Of a stretch of DNA of 64,000 nucleotides, positions 40,464-53,987 are shown piece after piece. Within the stretch, counting starts at the first letter, position 1, and every line of letters begins with the position of its first letter. Source of the stretch: Octopus vulgaris (lineage: Eukaryota); contig OX597834.1 of the NCBI GenBank assembly GCA_951406725.2, positions 12,090,001 to 12,154,000 on the forward strand. Direction: 5' to 3'. A program made the translations under genes and the position numbers. The notes beneath the pieces were generated by a model. That model did no database searches, was not told the origin of the DNA, and worked only from the letters and a program-made list of their open reading frames with translations.

Positions 40464-40876
40464 TACTCTTTTTACTCTTTTACTTGTTTCAGTCAGTTGA
40501 CTGTGGCCATGCTGGTGTACCGCATTTAGTCGAGCAAATCGACCCCGGTACTTATTCTTTGTAAACCCAGTACTTATTCTATCGGTCTCTTTTGCCGAAC
40601 CTCTAAGTGACGGGGACGTAAACACACCAGCATTGGTTGTCAAGCAATGCTAGGGGACAAACACAGACACACAAACACATACACACACACATATTTATAT
40701 ATATACATATATACGACAGACTTCTTTCAGTTTCCGTCTACCAAATTCACTCACCAGGCATTGGTCGGCCCGGGGCTATAGCAGAAGACACTTGCCCAAG
40801 ATGCCACGCAGTGGGACTGAAGCCAAAACCCTGTAGTTGGTTAGCAAGCTACATACCACACAGCCACTCCTGCGCC
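40464..40876 (-). mobile_element. SINE family A, full length (subfamily 2)
   Basis: Reverse complement is colinear with 36320-36712. Confidence 0.9.
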
Positions 40877-43448
40877 AATCCATTTCAACATTTCGAATTC
40901 TAGGTGACAATACGCACTTTTAGTCCCATTGGCATCGTCAGTAACATAAAGGGGATATAATTTTAAGCATGCGTAACGCCTACACTTCCACAACACTTTT
41001 TCTACTTCTGCGCCCTAGAATGTAGCATTCCAGGAGCAGGAATCTGTTGGTAGACATTCGCAAGTAATCTGTTATATATGTCAATTATTCGTTGTTAATC
41101 GATGTCTCCCCATTTCCCCCGATATTTGAAGAATGTGGTACATGTGTACTTTCCACACACATGCAATTAAATATTATGATTATCATTATTGTTATGATTA
41201 CTTTAGATATTACATATTGCTATTATTTTTTTTCTTTCATTTCATATTTTCTTTCGTTTTTTTTTTTTCTTTTTGTCTTTCATGCGTGAAAATGCATCTC
41301 AGTACTTATATGATGACACGTGCAACAAATCTTGTTGATCGTATTGAATAAAAATAGAATACGGGAGAGAAAGAGAGATTGAGAGTCAGAAAGAAAAAGA
41401 CAGAGAGGTATGAAGATGAGGAAGGAAGGAAGAAAGAGGAAGTTCAAGAGGAGAGAGTTTAAGTGGAATGGTATGTTCAGCAGTTCACTAAACGTCAACT
41501 ATATTAGTCCCAGGAAAACATATATTGCACACTGTGGTTTTGGTTTCCGGATGAAGTCACTCCAACTCTTTTTCGCTTCATTTCATCCAAGATATTAACA
41601 CCTGTGTTCAAAAGTCATTTCCTAATTTGTCTATTTATGTTTACTGTCAACCTGTAATACTCTACTTACAGCTTCTATCTATCGATTTATCTATCTATCT
41701 ATGTATCTATCTATATATCTATATCTATCTATCCTTCTATCTCTCTATCTATGTACCTATCTGTCTATCTATGTATCTATCTGTCTGTCAGTCTATTCAT
41801 CTCTCTCTATCTCTGTATATATATATATATATCTATAGAGAGATAGAGAGATACATAGAGTAAGTTCTATATATAAGAGATGAGGTTTGTTACTCGTCTT
41901 CTATCTGAAGTCGCTCTTCAATTTAAATATTTTTTAATCTCTGATTACCTCTGCACCCCGAGGAAGTGAAATATGTCTTTCCCAAGAAATGTCATCATTG
42001 TTCTTGAGTTAATTCACATGCGTGATGGCCCCGAGAGGTCATTAATGACTGTAACCTGCAGTAATTGTAGTAAATATAATACATTCAACTGCATGTCGAG
42101 AGTTGCCCATCGTCATCAGTTCAGCTCTGCCCCAATAGACCTAAGATGGAATTTTATTCTCGCTGTAACTACCAAATCTGTTTCTATATTCACCGACAAA
42201 GTAGAAGTACATCTACACAGCTCAACATATTCTTCGTTAGAAAAACCCAAAGCTTAAATGTTTCACTACTACTTTCAGTGGGTTACTGCTCCATATGGTT
42301 GCTAGAGGGGCAAGAAATAGCAGATGAATCACCTAATTAGGCAGTGGGAAAATAAATTAAGTACAAATTTGCGAGCAGTTCAAACGTGTGTTTTTCCTCA
42401 GTATTGTTAGTATTATTTCAGCAGCTATGGTAGAGGCGGATTCAGTTCTTACCAAAGAATATCCATTCCCTCTTAATGAACTATGTAACTTTGTACAACG
42501 TATCAGATCAATGATTTTCGCCAAGGGAAAATATATATTACAATAAATAAATACGTGCAGAAATCCCCGAGAAATGAAATTGTATTCAGAAGCGATAACA
42601 GCTTTTTTTTAGAGATTTTTAGAATGTTGCATGTAAAATCAGTATCTGGTAGCCTGATTCGGTAGAGAAATCCATTGATGAGTGGAGCGATGTGCGATGG
42701 GCGTACATCGAAATATATGTTACAACTCATTAGGGATCATGAATATATTTCAGAAGCTATATTCAATGTACGTTGTATGCTAGCATGAATTGCTTCAGAT
42801 CACATAGTGCGCTTGATTTATGATAAACTACCCTTTTATAAAACTAATATAAATTCCCTACGTGTGCGGTAAAAACTTGACGATACCCGTGTACATATAT
42901 ATATATATATATGTATGTATGTATATACATCGTATACATATATACATGCATACATACATGTGCTCTGTTTCATATGAAGTCCGTATCGCATTGAGGCGTT
43001 CCAGCGATGAGGAATTAGTTTTAATTTCGCATATCATATACGAGGGATTACGTTGTGTCATGAACAAATGGTTATGATTTACTATTGATGTGTAAGAGGC
43101 CAGTGTGTGTAATTTTAAGCTTATTTAACTTCTGTATCGTAGGAGTTGCAGCTGATGAGCGCATGAAGTTCCTATGCATTTGTTTTCCAATACGTATCAT
43201 TGCATTATATGAAACGAAACTTTGAATGTAACTAAGTTATTAAATAGGTCACAGAACATTCAGTTATTGTTACCCAGAAAGCAACAATGCTCGCGCGTAC
43301 ACACACGATCATAAACGCACACATGGATATAAGACTATTCATTTTATTTACATAACTATATATATGTATATATATCTATATCTATGTATGTGTGTGTGTA
43401 TATAGGTGTATATATATATGTATATTTGTATGTGTATATACATATATA

Positions 43449-43644
43449 GGTGGGGAGAATTCGCAAAAAGCAAAAGACGAAGACAGGTGGGGTAGACAAC
43501 AGACAGATGTATTAGTTTATCGCTCGGGAAGTGAAAAAGTCGTTAATGTTTCGAGCTTGCGCTCTTCCACAGAAAGGAACAGAGAAAGAAACAGGGTGGG
43601 AAAATAAAGAATGTGTGGTGGCTAGCAATCTATCCTGGCGAATG
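43449..43644 (-). mobile_element. Short hammerhead-bearing repeat (family H1b)
   Basis: Between (TA)n tracts. Minus strand 43576-43541 reads CTTT-CTGTGGA-A-GAGC-GCAA-GCTC-GAAACATT-AACG. Homologous to 50021-50213. Confidence 0.65.
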
Positions 43645-43658
43645 ATATATATATATAT

Positions 43659-43881
43659 TGGTAAAAGCGTTAAGATAACAAAAGAAAGAAAGGGGACCTC
43701 AATATTATGTAAATAGAGGAAATGTATCTGTAAAATAATACGTGACAATTATTCAATAGCCAAGATAAAACTGAGTTTCGGATGATGACGATAACCGTAG
43801 AGATGATGTTGTGGATTTCCACTTCGGCATCCGAAACTCAGAGTTTTATCTTGGCTATTGAATAATTGTCACATATTATTT

Positions 43882-43890
<9 letters not shown>
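43659..43890. mobile_element. Fold-back (inverted pLTR-like) element with hammerhead 3' half
   Basis: Inverted repeat 43729-43784 / 43828-43885. The right arm contains GAA-ACTCAGAGT-T (palindromic helix III plus GUH). Flanked by (TA)n. Confidence 0.55.
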
Positions 43891-43941
<51 letters not shown>

Positions 43942-43943
<2 letters not shown>

Positions 43944-44101
43944 CTTTATTTAAAGCAGCAGAAAATTCAACAAAACCCGGGAAACTCAGAGTAACAAGTT
44001 TGGTTGAATTTTCTGCTGCTTTAAATAAAGCATATTACTCTACCACTGGTATTTGAGTACTCTTTTTTCCACCCTGTTTCACATTTATGTGTTTACTCCG
44101 G
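43942..44101. mobile_element. Fold-back element with hammerhead 3' half
   Basis: 33-bp inverted repeat 43944-43976 / 43998-44030 (1 mismatch). The spacer contains GAA-ACTCAGAGT-A. Flanked by (TA)n. Confidence 0.55.
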
Positions 44102-44609
44102 TATATATATATATATATATCTATATATATATACATATATACACGCACACAAACACACATAGGCACACACATATATATGGACATATATATTTATATTAAT
44201 ACATATATTACGTGAATTAAGCGAACCATAAGGGAATGATTTTGTCGTAAGATATCAAAGAAAAAAACAGGCGAAACCACCATTGACTAACTTCAAACGA
44301 GTTAACTAAAACTACTTGAAATTTAAAATGGCTGAATTCGAAAACATATAAAAAAAACATTACGGTCGCGATAGAAAGAATTTTGTTTAAAAACATCTCG
44401 CGGATAATGGATGAGCTGAAGTTACACTACGATAAAGACATATCTTCCGAATATGAATGATCTCTCTATGGAATACTTAAAATATTCTACTTTCTTTTAA
44501 AGTCATGTTAAATATTTTAAGGCTTCACAAAAAAAATATATATATTTTCACTTTGTGGAAAGTGTAATTTAATAATACATTAGCTTCGTACTTATACAAT
44601 CATCCCCGT

Positions 44610-45025
44610 CGATCAACATAATCATCATCATCATAATCATCATCAACATCATCATCATAATCATCATCAACATCATCATCGCCATCATCATTATAATCAT
44701 CATCAAAAGTACCACCATTATCATCAACATCTCGACCACGCTCAGACACATCAGCCTCACCGCGATCATCATTTTTCCCATCTCCATCACCTCCATCATC
44801 ATCATCTCATCATCTCCATCATTATCATCATCATCATGCCATCATCTTCATCACCATCATCATCATCATCCCATCTCCAGCATCATCATCACCACCACCA
44901 CTATCACTACTGTTACTTCGAACACCACCACCACCACCACTAGTACCGCCAAACCAGAATCGGTCTCACTACCATCCTCCTGATCATGATGAAGTGACAG
45001 CAGCAGCAGCAGCAGCAGCAGTAGC

Positions 45026-45058
<33 letters not shown>

Positions 45059-45485
45059 GGCGGCGGCGGCGGCGGCGGCAGGAATGCCAGTATTACACGT
45101 CATCTTCGTCGTCGTCGTTTTGCTCGACCCCCGCCGTTTCATTGTCGATGTCTTTGAGTTCATCACCAACATCATTAACAAGCTCCATCGGCACAATCAG
45201 AACACTGAACAGCATCACCGCCACCACTCATCATCATCATCATCATTCCTGCTCCTCTGCCACCTCATCATCATCATCACTATCATCATCATCATCGGCG
45301 TCGTCATCATCGTTATCATTATCATCGTTGTCGTCATAATCATTGTCGTAATCATCATCATCATCATAATCACCACCAAAATCATCATCGTCATCATTGC
45401 CATCATCATCAATGCCATCATCATCAATGCCATCATCATCATCATCACCACCACCAACACCACCACTGCTGCCGCCGCCACCAAC
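44610..45485. repeat. Degenerate (CAT)n field with central (CAG)n(CGG)n
   Basis: (CAG)n at about 44998-45057, (CGG)n to about 45078. Confidence 0.95.
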
Positions 45486-46170
45486 ATTACTACATTTTAA
45501 TGATTACGGTATAAGTTGATGGGAAAAGTCCAAAAATAAAACCAAAATTTAAAAATAAAATATGAGCAAAAAAAAAATGCTAAAAAAAACCATACACATT
45601 TTAGAATAATTTTTCCATTTTATTCGTTTCTCTCCATGTCCGTCTCTATGAAAGGGAAGTCTTTTAAGTCGCAGTTAGTTTCTTTGCCCTCAAACATAAT
45701 GAAGCTGTTTCATTTAGTTTTTACGGTTCACAGAGTATGAAGTTAAAATGTCATTCATTTTGCTATTTACTCTTTCATTTTTGTATCATTTTTTCATACA
45801 TTTTTAGCTTGGCTTCAGAATTAAATTTGATATATGTACGCAGATTTTAATTTTCTTTTGCTGGTTCTTCTTTTTTTTTTTTTATCTTCAACGTTCAAAT
45901 CACATTTTGAATCTAAAATATTAGAAAGCTATAAAGAACAAATATAGTTTCCAGCACTTTTCTATATATTCATTACTGCCATTCGCCGTTGCACGTTCTT
46001 AATCAAATTACTAGTTAAGTATACGCCACTTCTTTCTGAAATATTTCTAGTTTTCGCAACTAACCATTCTGGATATAAGGAGTGCTTTCGACGTATCGAA
46101 CACGGAAACTGTATATACTGAAAAACAGAGACATAAAGGTGGTGTGTCGTTTCATAAATGCATGCTGGTA

Positions 46171-46680
46171 TCTTCTTCTTCTTCTCCTCCTCCTCCTTTC
46201 AATGAGGACTCACGCCATTAGCCACAAAGAATAATCTCGCATTCGAGCCTACTCTAAGCTACTAAGAATGCGTGTGGCAACTTGAAGATCCAACCACCAC
46301 ACGCGATAGACTGGCGGTTGCACGGACGCGAAAGCTACGTTGTTATCCTCATTCCGTAAACGTTGGCTTTTAACGGGTGGAGAGCTGAATTATCCCGGGG
46401 TACAGAGGATTCGCAATCTAAAGATTAGGCTCTGAAAGTTCACCACACCATAGTGGGTTACACCATGGTTCCTCTGCTTTGCGGTAGAAGTAGGAAGAAA
46501 GAGTGAGAGAAAGTTGTGGTGAAAGAGCACAGCGGGGTTCACCACCACCACCACCACCACCACGCCGGAGCCTCATGGAGCTTAGGTGTTTCTCTCAATA
46601 AACACTCACAATGCCTGATCTGGGAATCGAAACTGCGTTCTTACAACCGCGAGTCCGCTGCCCTAACCACTGCGCCTCCA
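46171..46680 (-). mobile_element. SINE family C, tail type 2
   Basis: Same head and body as 4528-4916 down to about 46490, then a different ~290-bp tail ending in (GGA)n(AGA)n. Possible decayed TSD CATRCTGGT at 46161 and 46682. Confidence 0.75.
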
Positions 46681-47067
46681 CCATACTGGTGTTGTCTTTG
46701 TTGTTGTTATTGCTGTAAGCACTGGAGCTAATCATTCCAGCGAAGGCCATCACGATTTTAGAGTTATCCATGACTACGTTAATGCGATGACGTAGTAGAG
46801 TCTTTAGAACGTCAGACAAAACAATTCCTGGGGGGAAAGTCTTCTAGTTTTACGCTTGATTTCAAATCCTGGTGAGAGCAGCTTTGCATTGCATCCGTTC
46901 CGCATTTGAAATATAAAATGCCATTTAAGTTCTAGAGGCGGCAGACCTGACTTCTCTCCTTAAACTCCCCTATAATTAGCTGTCAAGTAATCCTGCACAA
47001 AATTGACTCAGCGGAAAATCCAAGTGGTGTGTGTATGAGAGAGAGAGAGAAAGGCAGAGACAGTGAG

Positions 47068-47106
<39 letters not shown>

Positions 47107-47475
47107 AAGAAAGGGAGAAAAATAGTTATAGACACAGATACAAAAGCAGACACAAGCAGTGAAAGAAAAACAAAACGGATGGGAGAAAAACTTAGAGGGA
47201 GAAACAGAGAGAGAATGGGTCGGAGATAGAGAGAGAAGGAGAGAGAAACACAGAGAAAACGGAAGAGAGAGTGAGACTGACAGACAGACAGACAGACAGA
47301 CGGACAGACAGACAGACGGAGAGACAGGCAGAGAAAGCGCTATACAAGTAATGATTGAGCTTGTAATACGTTTTAGCTAAGGTAGCTCCTGAGCCGTGGA
47401 AGGAAGGATTTTTTCCAAGGGAGAAAAGCATCACTTTCTCGTGAAATTTCTAACGCTATTGTATTCAGTAGATTA

Positions 47476-47753
47476 TTTTGTTCCTTCTCGAGCCACGCCT
47501 ACCTCATAAGGGCGGGTTTCCCGGTTTCTTTGGCGTATAGGTTCCCCACCTGGACGGGACGCCGGTCCGACCGTCGCAGGTGAGCTGCAAGATGCAGGAG
47601 GAAAGAGTGAGAGAAAGTTGTGGCGAAAGACTCAGCAGAAGTTTTGCCATTACCTTCTGCCGGAGTCGCGTGGACCTTAGGTGTTTCGGTCATAAACACA
47701 CACATCGCCCGGTCTGGGATTCGAACCCGCGATCCCTACACTGCGAGTCCACT
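47476..47753 (-). mobile_element. SINE family C, 5'-truncated, tail type 3
   Basis: Family C head and body, then CCTGCGACGG...CGTCCCGTCCAGG...GAAACCGGGA. 12-bp TSD TTCAGTAGATTA at 47464-47475 and 47754-47765. Confidence 0.85.
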
Positions 47754-47826
47754 TTCAGTAGATTACTCGATCCTCCAGTCTTCATGACTTCGCCTAAACT
47801 CTTTATATTCAGACCTTATAACTACC

Positions 47827-48058
47827 TATTTCTTTATTACCCACAAGGAGCTAAACATAGAGGAGACAAACATGGACAGACATAGGTATTAAGTCGATTA
47901 TATCGACCCCAGTGCTTAACTGGTACTTAATTTATTGACCCCGAAAGGATGAAAGGCAAAGTCGACCTCGGCGGAGTTTGAACTCACAACGTAACGGCAG
48001 CCGAAATACCGCTAAGCATTTCGCCCGACGTGCTAACGATTCTGCTAGCTCGCCGCCT
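47827..48058 (-). mobile_element. SINE family B, full length
   Basis: 19-bp TSD TTCAGACCTTATAACTACC at 47808-47826 and 48059-48077. Confidence 0.9.
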
Positions 48059-48649
48059 TTCAGACCTTATAACTACCGTCTACATTATCCTAACCGCCTC
48101 GATTTATTTCTTTTAAAAATAGTGTAGCTTTCAGTTTTTAATTTTTTTTTTCTCCTAGGAGATCGATTAACAACCGAGGTGACCTCATCAGAATGTACGA
48201 GCAAAGAATTATAAAAACGGCGCCAAGCGATAATTATTAATGTGGACATAAATATATTTTCTCAATGTGATTAAAATAAAGCGTCTAGATTTAAATAGAA
48301 GTTTATAGGAGTGACTGTCCTTACGTTATTTACATCAAAGCCGATTAATAAACTCATATTGAAAAGCTTTTAAAAATAAATGTTTATGCTCTTCAAATAG
48401 TGAAAATTATAAACATGGATTTGTGCATATTAAATTAATTTTGTTTCATAATTTGTTTGCAGTGTCGTAATTAAAATCTCCCAATGTATTATGGTTATTT
48501 AATTAAACAATTGCTAATGCGAGATTTGCAATCATTGATTTTAAACATGCACGAACGCAGGCGTGTACAGCCACGTGTCTCAATGGCTGCGAATACAAAC
48601 ACGTATAAAATTTTATGCGTACATGTATGCTTGTGACTGTGGGTACAAG

Positions 48650-48978
48650 CGTGTATATGTGCGTAAGTGTGTATATATATATAATATATATAGGTATGTG
48701 TACGAATATATGTGTATATATGTATTTATGTGTGCATATATATATATATAGGTATGTGTACGAATATATGTGTATATATGTATTTATGTGTGCATATATA
48801 TATATAGGTATGTGTACGAATATATGTGTATATATGTATGTATGTATATATATAGGTATGTGTATGTATGTATATGTATATATATGTATATATATATATA
48901 GGTATGTGTATATATATGTATATATATGTATATATATATATAGGTATGTGTATGTATATATATATATATATGTATATA

Positions 48979-49031
<53 letters not shown>

Positions 49032-49060
49032 TATGTGTATAAATGTGTATATAATATATT
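48650..49060. repeat. TA-rich minisatellite with GGTATGTGTA(CGAA) anchors
   Basis: Seen directly. Confidence 0.9.
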
Positions 49061-49970
49061 GAGCATATGTAATTCATACCGTTTACTTTCATTCGACTGA
49101 ACAAGTCTGTGAAGTTCAGCGATGTGTACGATTGTCTAACATCTTTATGAATCTCCAACATACGCACAAATGCATACAAACACTCATACACACACACATA
49201 TATACACACACACACAATATGAAAAAGGCCTCCTTCATCACAGCTGATTAATTGGGATCCACAAGATGAAACTAATACCGAAGTAATTACCGGAGGTTAA
49301 TTCAATCGACAACAAATAAAGAGAAATAGGATGAAACCCAATGTGGACAGTTCCCCCCCAGCATGGCAGCGCTCCCAACCCCGCCTCCAATGACAGAAAT
49401 TAATAAAAGGAATATATTAGGTTAAGCTGACGCTGGTGTGACACGAGCGCGTGTTGGAGTTTCACCTTTCAGCGTATCAGGTGCGAATTTGAAAGACACA
49501 GAATTACTGGATAATCACAATATGTTTTAAAAGGGAAATGAATTTTTTGATTAGTTGTGAAGTAACTCCTTTGCTAATTAATGTTTGATTTTCTTAATTG
49601 TAATTAGTCTCATACGAAAGGGCGGGCAAGTACGAGTTGTTCAGTGATTTGAGATGAATGCGAGGGCGGATGATTGGGAGGTACGAATTGCAGATTGTAA
49701 ATGGAAGGGATGTTGCAGAAAATTAAGTTCAAATGGTTGTGGGTTGAAGTTTTAGAGCGATGACAATAATTTAAATCTGCATCAAGGAAGGATTCTGATT
49801 TGGTTAATTGCATTGCAAGATGTGATTCGAAATGAAGAAAGACTCAGTTCGCTAAGTAAGCTATTAATGAACTGGGTTTATCTACAGATACACTCTTAAA
49901 TACGTACCCACATGCAATGGGTATCTGTCTATCCGTCTCTCACTCCCTCTCTCTCCACACACACACACAC

Positions 49971-50020
<50 letters not shown>

Positions 50021-50021
<1 letters not shown>

Positions 50022-50213
50022 CGGGAAAGTTTACGAAAATAAATAAAAGACGAAGGCAGGTGGAGTACAATCAAACAAATGTATTAGTATAGCGCTCAGA
50101 AACAGAAATAGAAAAAGTCTTACGTTTCGAGCCTACGCTCTTCGACAGAAAGATACACAGAAAAAAACAAAAGAGAAAAAAATGCGTGTAGGAGCTAACG
50201 ATCTATGATTGCG
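50021..50213 (-). mobile_element. Short hammerhead-bearing repeat (family H1b)
   Basis: Between (TA)n tracts. Minus strand 50153-50117 reads TCTTT-CTGTCGA-A-GAGC-GTAG-GCTC-GAA-ACGT-A-AGAC. Confidence 0.65.
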
Positions 50214-50237
50214 TATATATGTATATGTGTGTGTGTA

Positions 50238-50293
<56 letters not shown>

Positions 50294-50379
50294 GTTTCTG
50301 TATATATATATATGTATATATATATGTGTATGTATGTATGTATGTATATACATATATATATATATATGTGTGTGTGTGT

Positions 50380-50425
<46 letters not shown>

Positions 50426-50472
50426 CACATATATATATATATACATATATATATATTTGTGTGTGTGTGTGT

Positions 50473-50513
<41 letters not shown>

Positions 50514-50558
50514 CACATATATATATATATACATACACATATATATATATACATACAC

Positions 50559-50589
<31 letters not shown>

Positions 50590-50645
50590 CAGAAACACAC
50601 ATAAATATATATATATACACATACACACACGTGTGTATGTGTATA

Positions 50646-50680
<35 letters not shown>

Positions 50681-50750
50681 GAATTTATCTATCTCTCAAT
50701 ATATCTATCTAGGTATCTATCTGTTTATCTACCTATCTACCTACCTGTTT
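50214..50750. repeat. (TA)n/(TG)n compound array, then (CTAT)n
   Basis: Seen directly. Confidence 0.9.
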
Positions 50751-51051
50751 ACCTCCCTTTTATAACGGGATTGGTTGAGTTTAACTTCCTCCCTTTTCAG
50801 AATTTTCCATCATAGATAGATGGTCGTTTTGGGGAACGTCGAAATTAACATAAAGTACTGTGATTCTTCTGCTTAGACAGATTTTGCATTTGTGAAGTAC
50901 AACCTTGAAGAAACGGGAGCAATTTCCCGAGAGAGTACTGCCAGTACTTTCACGTAACCTTTTCCTAATTCATAGCAGCTTATCACTGCCACGTATCAGA
51001 GAGTATAGAGTGAGACGAGCGATGTATATCATGTAGTTTAATCGAACGGTC

Positions 51052-51520
51052 CGCTGGATGTGTAATGCCAGTGTTCATACATGACAGAGTGTAAGCACAC
51101 TGAGATAAAAGTTGGACATAAGAAGCATCAAATGTGATGTGCAAGAGAGACGACTGCACTGGTATGATCATGTGTTACGTATGGATGAGGACAGCTGTGT
51201 GAGGAAGTGTCACACCCTAACTATGGAAGGAACCTATGGAAGAAGTAGACCCAGGAAGACATGGAATGAAGTGGTGAAGCATGACCTTTGAATGTTGAAC
51301 CTCAGAGGCAATGCCAGGAGACCAAGACCTTTGGAGATATGTTGTGATTGAGAAGACCCGGCAACTAAAGTGAGATCGCAGCCATGGCCAATGTTGCATG
51401 TCCGGCCCATTTAACTTTTAAATGACCTGTTGGCTGATATATGCTTGAGAAGACCTGTTGTGTCAAGTAAAACCAAAATCATAGCTGTGGTCAGTGCCCC
51501 CTGACTGGCTCCTGTTTCAT
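51052..51520 (+). mobile_element. RTE/RTE-X-like LINE 3' fragment, decayed
   Basis: RWMCN...LR*KLDIRSI...QERRLHWYDHVLRM...EGTYGRSRPRKTWNEVVKHDL...DLWR with in-frame stops, followed by a probable 3' UTR. Confidence 0.8.
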
Positions 51521-51986
51521 GAAACCTGTCTATTAAGTACGGAATCCTTTCTGATAAACATTTTTACAATATCTAGAATTTGCCAAAAGAGCACATGCTG
51601 CCTTGAGATGTAATGACTTATGAGGCTACACTATCGATAATATTCGGGTTACGACCAAAATTCTGGAATACCTTTAATTACAGGCTGATTGCAAGTAAAA
51701 GTTTTAATTATCTCAGTTCGTAGAAACAATTGTGTCCTTGTCTTGTTTTATCTGATTTTGAAGCGCTTCGCATTGAGAAGCATATATTTCCCCCGATAAT
51801 ACATATCGCTGTTCTCTTCGTTCACACTAATACCTCATTAAAGAGTCTCAAATTAGTTTAATTTATTACATTCTTGTGTTGAAAGAAAGTTGCTGTAATA
51901 AATGTGGCTAGATGTTGGTCTTCGACTGAACTGTGAGATAAGAATATTGACGATATCCAAGCCACTGGAATTTGGGTTTGGCTTGA

Positions 51987-52915
51987 TCTATGCTATGGAG
52001 CTTCTGGTATTTGCTCAAATTATTAAATAGGTCTTTAATAGACACTGGAGGTTCCAAATGAGGTTAGCGGTTTAATTTATTTTGTACAATGGATTGAAAA
52101 AAAATTAAGTAGTTCTTTGGCAGATTCTACGTTGATCTGTTAAATGCTATTTCTTTTTTTTACTGTCACTTGATCACTTCTTGCTCACGTTTCATTAAGG
52201 TACTGAAATACACCTTTCAAATTTTACTTCCTAGCTAGTAAATTTTTTTGAGTCAAACATATGACCTTCATTATTTTAAAAAGACATTCTGAACTATAGT
52301 TTTTAAAATAGGCGCAGGAGTGACTGTGTGGTAAGTAGCTTGCTAACCAACCACATGATTCCGGGTGGCATCTTCGGCAAGTGTCCTCTGTTATAGCCCT
52401 GGGCCGACCAATGCCTTGTGAGTGGATTTGGTAGACGGAAACTGAAAGAAACCTGTCGTATATATGTATATATGTATATATATATATATATATATATGTG
52501 TGTATGTGTGTCTGTGTTTGTACCCCTAGCATTGCTTGACAACCGATGCTGGTATTTACGTCCTCGTCACTTAGCGGTTCGGCAAAAGTGACCGATAGAA
52601 TAAGTATTGGGCTTACAAAGAATAAGTCCCGGGGTCGATTTGCTCGACTAAAGGTGGTGCTCCAGCATGGCCGCAGTCAAATGACTGAAACATGTAAAAG
52701 AGTAAGTTCTGTTCTATGGGGGATAGCGTTGCTCGAAGATGATAAATAGGAGTTTAACAGAAACTGGAAATTCCTAATGAGGCTAGCGGGTTAATTTATT
52801 TTGTACAATGGATTTAAGAAACTTACGTAGTCCTTTGGGACATTCTACAAGGATCTGGTGAATGGTATTCAATTTCGACTTTCACTGTCTCCATTCTATG
52901 AGGGATAGCGTTTTT
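51987..52915 (+). repeat. Diverged ~185-bp direct repeat (51987-52170 and 52706-52890)
   Basis: Shared TTAATTTATTTTGTACAATGGATT plus colinear flanks. A third unit start TTCTATGAGGGATAGCGTT lies at about 52894. Confidence 0.75.
52311..52704 (+). mobile_element. SINE family A (subfamily 2), B-box region deleted
   Basis: Colinear with 36320-36712 but lacks TTCAGTCCCACTGCG. Confidence 0.9.
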
Positions 52916-52981
52916 CTGGGTTCATACACAGCCTCATCACTAACTAGTGAACTGACTTCATAAAATTTCATCTAATAGATG

Positions 52982-53097
52982 GACCCCAGTGCGTAACTGA
53001 TACTTAATTTATCGACCCTGAAAGGATGAAAGGCAACGTCGACCTCGGCGGAATTTGAAGTCAGAATATAGCGGCAGACTAGATGCTGCTAAGAATG
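52982..53097 (-). mobile_element. SINE family B fragment
   Basis: GACCCCAGTGCGTAACT...GAAAGGATGAAAGGC...GACCTCGGCGGAATTTGAA. Confidence 0.8.
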
Positions 53098-53549
53098 TGT
53101 ATATTAAAAGAAGTGCACTTATTTAATTAATTATGCAACGATTATTATTGCAGGAGATTATCGCATCATCATCTCTGTATAAAGCTTAAATATCGGTTGG
53201 TTTGATTATTGACGGGTACTGGAAAAAATGTTCCCTCAGTTTATTGAACGAACATGCGATCTAACTCTTTTCTTTAGTGGAATATTTTGGAGAAAATTAT
53301 ATCTGATAATGAAACATGAAATCGAATGTGTCAACTATGGCGCCTCAGTGGAAGCTAACGATAACATTTCTAATAGATTATATTACCCCCATAATGTTCT
53401 CCACAACACACAAATCACATATCAAAATTTCAAATTGAAGTGAATATACATGCTTACGAATGTTCACAATAATTTCCTAATAGATCCCCACCAACATTTC
53501 TGAAGCCATTCTAAAAATACCGCCATTTATTACGTCAACTAAAGACATG

Positions 53550-53687
53550 TACATTTATATATATACATATATATATATATATACGTTTAAATTCCGAAAT
53601 ATAACAATATATATATATACATATATATATATGTATATATATATATATATGCATGTGTGTGTATATATACATATATATGTATGTATG

Positions 53688-53728
<41 letters not shown>

Positions 53729-53953
53729 GTATGTGTATATATATATATGTATGTGTATATATATATGTATGTATGTATATATATAAAATGTATGTATATA
53801 TATATATGTATATATATGTATGTATGTTTATATATATATATATATATATACATGTATATATATATATGTATGTATGTGTGTATATATATATATACATGTA
53901 TATATATGTATGTATGTGTGTATATATATATATACATGTATATATATATGTAT

Positions 53954-53987
<34 letters not shown>

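Noticed and set aside
43152-43235. CTGATGA...GAAAC with possible helix I
   Set aside because: Helix II and the NUH triplet cannot be built convincingly.
44994-45500. Poly-Ala / poly-Gln / poly-His ORFs resembling a transcription-factor tract
   Set aside because: Embedded in degenerate (CAT)n sequence with no recognisable domain.
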